DNA of 64,000 nucleotides from an uncultured Gammaproteobacteria bacterium (GTDB lineage Bacteria; Pseudomonadota; Gammaproteobacteria; JAURND01): NCBI GenBank assembly GCA_963714975.1, contig CAVQQD010000001.1, positions 160,001 to 224,000 of the forward strand, read 5' to 3'. Shown piece by piece: positions 59,477 to 64,000 of this stretch (position 1 is its first letter; each line of letters starts with the position of its first letter). The notes under the pieces were generated by a model. It saw only the letters and a program-made list of their open reading frames with translations, ran no database searches and was not told where the DNA came from. The position numbers and the translations under genes were made by a program.

Positions 59477-60643
59477 ATGAACTTACATGAATATCAAGCA
59501 AAACATTTATTAGCAACCTATGGAATTCCTGTTCCCCAAGGAGAGGTGGCAGCCAGTGTCGAGGAAGCGGTTGAAATTTCGCAAAAAATTAATGGCAGCC
59601 GTTGGGTGGTAAAAGCGCAAGTCCATGCCGGAGGACGGGGCAAGGCGGGCGGAGTTCGCATCGTAAAAGATAATTCAGAACTGATGCAAGCGGTAAAAAA
59701 CTTATTAGGCACGCGATTAGTGACTTATCAAACCACTGCAGAAGGCCAACCAGTCACTCGAGTGCTGATTGAGGAACCTTCGGCGATTCAGCAAGAACTT
59801 TATCTAGGAGCGCTTATCGATCGGGCTCAGCAGCGTTTTGTGATTATGGCTTCTACTGAGGGGGGCGTCGACATTGAAAAAGTAGCTCATGATACGCCAG
59901 AAAAAATTTTAACCACCACAGTAGAACCCTTAATTGGCTTGCAGCCTTACCAATGTCGAGACTTAGCTTTTGCGCTTGGGCTGAATACTGAGCAAACCAA
60001 GCAATTTACTACGTTGCTGCTCAATCTGTATCGTTTGTTCCTGGAGCGTGATTTAAGTCTGTTAGAAATTAATCCGTTAGTCATTACCCAACAAGGCTAC
60101 CTGCTGTGCCTGGACGCCAAAATCAATATTGATGACAATGCTCTTTACCGTCAAACTGAATTACGGGAAATGCGCGATACGTCTCAAGAAGAAGAACGAG
60201 AAACTCGAGCCCAGCAATGGGATCTTAACTACATCGCCCTGGATGGCGATATTGGCTGTATGGTCAATGGCGCCGGCCTGGCGATGGCCACGATGGATTT
60301 AATCAAACTCCATGGCGGCAATCCAGCTAATTTCTTGGATGTGGGCGGTGGCGCCACTAAAGAGCGTGTCACCGAAGCTTTTAAAATTATTTTATCAGAC
60401 CCCAAGGTGAAAGGAATTTTGGTTAATATTTTTGGCGGGATTGTCCGTTGTGATTTAATTGCCGAAGGCATTATTGCCGCAGTGGCTGAAGTGGGCACAA
60501 AGTTGCCGGTGGTGGTGCGTCTCGAAGGCAATAATGCAGAAATTGGCGCCTATAAGCTTAGTCATAGTGGTTTGAATATTATTGCTGCCCAGGGTTTTGC
60601 TGAGGCAGCGCAGCAGGTGGTGAAGGTAGTGGAGGAGTCATGA
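59477..60643 (+). CDS. sucC: Succinyl-CoA synthetase beta subunit
   Basis: [44 protein letters not shown]. Confidence 0.98.
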   Translation: MNLHEYQAKHLLATYGIPVPQGEVAASVEEAVEISQKINGSRWVVKAQVHAGGRGKAGGVRIVKDNSELMQAVKNLLGTRLVTYQTTAEGQPVTRVLIEEPSAIQQELYLGALIDRAQQRFVIMASTEGGVDIEKVAHDTPEKILTTTVEPLIGLQPYQCRDLAFALGLNTEQTKQFTTLLLNLYRLFLERDLSLLEINPLVITQQGYLLCLDAKINIDDNALYRQTELREMRDTSQEEERETRAQQWDLNYIALDGDIGCMVNGAGLAMATMDLIKLHGGNPANFLDVGGGATKERVTEAFKIILSDPKVKGILVNIFGGIVRCDLIAEGIIAAVAEVGTKLPVVVRLEGNNAEIGAYKLSHSGLNIIAAQGFAEAAQQVVKVVEES

Positions 60644-61512
60644 GCATCTTAATAGATAAAAATACCAAAGTAATTTGCCAAGGTTTTACCGGCAAGCAAG
60701 GCAGTTTTCATTCGGAACAAGCATTAGAATATGGCACCCAATTAGTAGGTGGGGTCACTCCAGGCCGGGGTGGAGAAACCCATCTCGGATTGCCAGTATT
60801 TAATACCGTGCATGAAGCAGTGCAAGAAACTGGCGCCGACGCCAGCGTCATTTATGTGCCCGCGCCTTTTTGTAAAGACTCAATTGCTGAAGCCGCGGAT
60901 GCCGGGGTTTCTTTGATCGTCTGTATTACCGAAGGAATTCCCGTACTCGATATGTTAGTGATTAAAGCCTATGTCCAACAAAAAGGAGTGCGGTTGATTG
61001 GGCCTAATTGCCCTGGCGTCATCACTCCTGGCCAATGTAAAATTGGCATCATGCCCGGGAACATTCATTTACCCGGGAAAGTAGGCATTGTGTCGCGTTC
61101 CGGGACGCTAACTTACGAAGCCGTAAAGCAAACCACTGATTTAGGTTTTGGCCAGACTACCTGCGTCGGCATTGGCGGTGACCCTATTCCAGGCATGAGC
61201 TTTGTCGACGTCTTGGCGTTATTCCAGGAAGATCCTGCCACTGAAGCGATTGTCATGGTGGGTGAAATTGGCGGCAGTGGCGAAGAAGAAGCTGCCAGCT
61301 TTATCAAGCAGCATATTACTAAACCGGTTATTTCATATATAGCCGGAGTTACTGCACCCTCGGGTAAGCGCATGGGTCATGCGGGAGCAATTATTGCCGG
61401 TGGCAAAGGCACTGCGGCAGAAAAATTTGCTGCTTTAGAAGCAGCTGGAGTGCATACCGTAAAATCTCCCGCTGCCATTGGCCAGAAAGTGGGAGAAGTG
61501 ATGGGGTGGTGA
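60640..61512 (+). CDS. sucD: Succinyl-CoA synthetase alpha subunit
   Basis: [27 protein letters not shown]. Confidence 0.98.
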   Translation: MSILIDKNTKVICQGFTGKQGSFHSEQALEYGTQLVGGVTPGRGGETHLGLPVFNTVHEAVQETGADASVIYVPAPFCKDSIAEAADAGVSLIVCITEGIPVLDMLVIKAYVQQKGVRLIGPNCPGVITPGQCKIGIMPGNIHLPGKVGIVSRSGTLTYEAVKQTTDLGFGQTTCVGIGGDPIPGMSFVDVLALFQEDPATEAIVMVGEIGGSGEEEAASFIKQHITKPVISYIAGVTAPSGKRMGHAGAIIAGGKGTAAEKFAALEAAGVHTVKSPAAIGQKVGEVMGW

Positions 61513-61516
61513 ATGG

Positions 61517-62518
61517 TTACCTCGGAATTAACTGCTGATCGCGTTGTACAAATACTCCCGGCAAATAGGCTGCAGAATGACTGGCCCACTGAATTAAATC
61601 ACATTCAATATCTCCACGGAAACAAAGTGGCAAGAACTGACTGGATGGTTGTGAGCCACCCCACTGGTAGGTCAGACTTAAGCCAATAATATTTTCATCA
61701 TGCGCCGGCAAAATGCTACTATGCAAATGACTGGCGGCTAGCTGCAGGCCCAGGCTACGCGAGGAGCTGTGGTACACGGGCCAATGAATATTAGCAGAAT
61801 ACTGCTGATAAGGTTTCCGATGGGCAACTGCCACTTCCAAGGTGATATCGTAGATAAATTTTTGCAAGAAAGTTGCATTTTGACCAAAGCCCGAACTATT
61901 TTTTGCTGATTCATGCTTGGTACTAAAGTGCACTTGATCGTAAGCAATCCCTAGATCAATTTGAGCTCCAGGCCACAGCCGCCAACGTGGGCCCAAATTA
62001 ATTCCTCCACCCATGCCGCCGGTCAAAAACCGCTGATTGATACTACCCTCCACGGTCGGAACATCGCTTAAACGACTACCGTTTGCCTGAAAATAATAGC
62101 CCCGGAAGATAAAAGCCTCTAAATATTTTTTAGTGGCTGCATATTCATACTGCAGCCCAAATTGATTCTGGCCGCTAAAATTCCCATCGGGGTAAGCAGC
62201 AAAATCGAAGGTATTCTCCTGGGCAAAATGTTCGACGGAGAGTTTAATTCGTTGGGTAGGTGTTAACACCCGCCCCCAAGTGAGCCCTAAACGAAATTCG
62301 TTACTGCCATAATCTAACAATAATACTGCAGCATCCCGCGGCGACAGGTAGTTTGCATACTCACTATGTGCTATAAATCCATAAACACTGCTGTCAATGC
62401 CTCCCAGTTCAATACGAGGTAGTAATTCTGCAGAACTTAAGTGCGGAAAAAGTAGGACAGCCAGGACTTGAAACCTTAGCTTTATAACGATTTTCATATG
62501 GTAACTACCAAAACCCAA
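61517..62518 (-). CDS. Hypothetical outer-membrane beta-barrel protein (likely start near 62497)
   Basis: Signal peptide; alternating aromatic beta-strands ending in GLSLTYQW. Confidence 0.55.
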   Translation of the reverse strand: MGFGSYHMKIVIKLRFQVLAVLLFPHLSSAELLPRIELGGIDSSVYGFIAHSEYANYLSPRDAAVLLLDYGSNEFRLGLTWGRVLTPTQRIKLSVEHFAQENTFDFAAYPDGNFSGQNQFGLQYEYAATKKYLEAFIFRGYYFQANGSRLSDVPTVEGSINQRFLTGGMGGGINLGPRWRLWPGAQIDLGIAYDQVHFSTKHESAKNSSGFGQNATFLQKFIYDITLEVAVAHRKPYQQYSANIHWPVYHSSSRSLGLQLAASHLHSSILPAHDENIIGLSLTYQWGGSQPSSQFLPLCFRGDIECDLIQWASHSAAYLPGVFVQRDQQLIPR

Positions 62519-63073
62519 CGCCTATTTTTTGCTATTGAATTAACCCCTACTTTACGCCGAGCAATCCTGCGCGCCACCCGCCATTTTGCAACGCAAAAAT
62601 ATGGCCGTCCTATTCAATGGACACCTGAGGAAAAACTACATATTACTCTGCGATTTTTAGGGTCCGTGAATGAAGAAAAAATTCCTGATTGCCTAGACGC
62701 AGCAGCACAAAATCTCCGCGACATCAGTCCATTTGAGATTACCCTGGGAACTCTCGTGGTTTTACCCAAAAGGCACCCTCGAGTGATTGCACTTAGCGTG
62801 CCACTATCCGTGGAAATTGCTAGTTTATATTATCAGCTCGAAATAGCAATGACCAGATTAGAATTTTCTCCGGAAAATCGACCTTTTTTCCCTCATATTA
62901 CCTTGGGTCAGACTAAAAGTTTACTCACTCCGGCAGCTTGCTCAGCATTGCTTGCCGAAGACCTAACCCACCTCCACCATAACAAACAACGAGTGCGCTC
63001 TATTACTTTATTTCGTAGCGACAGTTCTGCCGCAGGCAGTATCTACACCTCACTGGGGCGCTTGTGCTTGTGA
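62498..63073 (+). CDS. thpR: RNA 2',3'-cyclic phosphodiesterase
   Basis: RLFFAI and two HxT motifs (LHITLRFLG, PHITLG). Confidence 0.92.
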   Translation: MVTTKTQRLFFAIELTPTLRRAILRATRHFATQKYGRPIQWTPEEKLHITLRFLGSVNEEKIPDCLDAAAQNLRDISPFEITLGTLVVLPKRHPRVIALSVPLSVEIASLYYQLEIAMTRLEFSPENRPFFPHITLGQTKSLLTPAACSALLAEDLTHLHHNKQRVRSITLFRSDSSAAGSIYTSLGRLCL

Positions 63074-63095
63074 TCCCAGGTAAATCGCTAAACTT

Positions 63096-63935
63096 ATGCT
63101 ATACTCTCAAAAGTCTTTCGTTGGGTGGTGCACTATGGAATTTCTAAAACGCCTAAGCTGGTTTATTTTATGCTTAGTAATCACAGCCTCTGCTTATGCT
63201 ACCAATCACCACCAGGCGGTAAAACCCCAAACCCACGAATATCGTCCCGTGACTTACTTCTCCTCGATCGAAGTAGGAGAAAGTTTTAAGGTCTTCGTCA
63301 CTCACAAGGCCGGTAAGCAAGAATTAGAACTAATCGGTTTTCCTGACGCTTTGCAGCAAGTCATCGTCGCTGTAGAGGGTCACCGCCTAACTCTGCAATT
63401 AGAGCGCCCAGATCTGATTCCTCCCCCACATCGCCATATCATAGTGCGAGTAACTACCCCAGGCACTTTATCCAGCATTTATGCCTTTGGTAGTGCAGAA
63501 GTGATTATCAGTGATATTTACTGCCCGAACTTAGCCATTTATGCCAAAGACTGGGGGCAAGTCATTGTCCATGGCAAGGTGGTGTTACAGAAAATTGAAA
63601 CCTGCAGCGCCCGCAATGTTGTCGTCGATTGGACTAATTCCCGTCATGTGATTATCGCCGCCAGCGGACTTGGGCGCGTCTATGTGCATGGCCATACCGG
63701 CGTACTTAGTGCACGTACCCGAGGCAATGCTTGCCTAGAAGCCCAGCACCTGCGCGCCTACCAGGTGTATGTTGAAGCATTCCAAACCTCCATCGCTAAA
63801 GTCTTCCCCATTTATAGCTTGTATGCCTTTGCGGGACAGAGTGGCAATATCTTTTATTATCATAAACCCAGAATCCTCATGCGGCATACCGAACAATCAG
63901 GCAATGTATTGCAAGTGGCAAATAGGCCACTCTAG
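63096..63935 (+). CDS. DUF2807 / GIN-domain (putative adhesin head) protein
   Basis: Signal peptide, F..I.V...F.V, repeated beta-helix G.G.V motifs, SG.I.Y...P. Confidence 0.75.
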   Translation: MLYSQKSFVGWCTMEFLKRLSWFILCLVITASAYATNHHQAVKPQTHEYRPVTYFSSIEVGESFKVFVTHKAGKQELELIGFPDALQQVIVAVEGHRLTLQLERPDLIPPPHRHIIVRVTTPGTLSSIYAFGSAEVIISDIYCPNLAIYAKDWGQVIVHGKVVLQKIETCSARNVVVDWTNSRHVIIAASGLGRVYVHGHTGVLSARTRGNACLEAQHLRAYQVYVEAFQTSIAKVFPIYSLYAFAGQSGNIFYYHKPRILMRHTEQSGNVLQVANRPL

Positions 63936-64000
63936 GAGCCTTTGTCGGACTGACAAGCTCTCTCTATTGGCCTAGTCCAGCCAAGGTCGCACTGAGGGCA

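Noticed and set aside
510-63975. Numerous short ORFs overlapping long genes on the opposite strand or in alternate frames
   Set aside because: They are shadow ORFs of well-supported genes
1-64000. CRISPR array
   Set aside because: No regularly spaced identical repeats with unique spacers; repeats are dispersed palindromes, and the 33-bp phased repeats are too short and few
63933-64000. Possible start of another MITE (taggagcctttgtcggactg)
   Set aside because: The partner repeat would lie beyond the window, so it cannot be verified

Overview
A 64-kb chromosomal segment of a Legionellales/Coxiellaceae-like gammaproteobacterium. The taxonomy is inferred from the split gcvPA/PB, an insertion in ribosomal protein S9, effector-like genes and PmrA-type boxes. 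The housekeeping backbone comprises gcvT-H-PA-PB, ligD/ku, a biotin carboxylase, rnpB, fau-ssrS-zapA-zapB-like, HU, pgi, rplM-rpsI-tRNA-Gln-sspAB, ychF, TolC/RND efflux, lgt, sucCD and thpR. Accessory DNA includes: an AbiE type IV TA pair whose toxin carries a C-terminal WYL domain; a direct-repeat-flanked block of gene fragments containing an Rpn nuclease; an AT-rich RIT element (three tyrosine recombinases, 57-bp inverted repeats, dif-like junctions) inserted in an AlbA/Schlafen-HATPase gene; a complete-looking trbBCDEJLFGI mating-pair operon with no adjacent relaxase, coupling protein or integrase; and PIN, BrnT/BrnA and possible SymE TA remnants. The most unusual features are (i) seven co-oriented paralogous 4-TM orphan proteins interleaved with housekeeping genes at 43.5-53.7 kb, (ii) palindromic REP/RPE-like elements translated in frame inside or at the ends of at least six proteins, and (iii) three long perfect palindromes with unrelated arms. 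No CRISPR array or rRNA was seen. All calls come from motif recognition only; no database searches were run.
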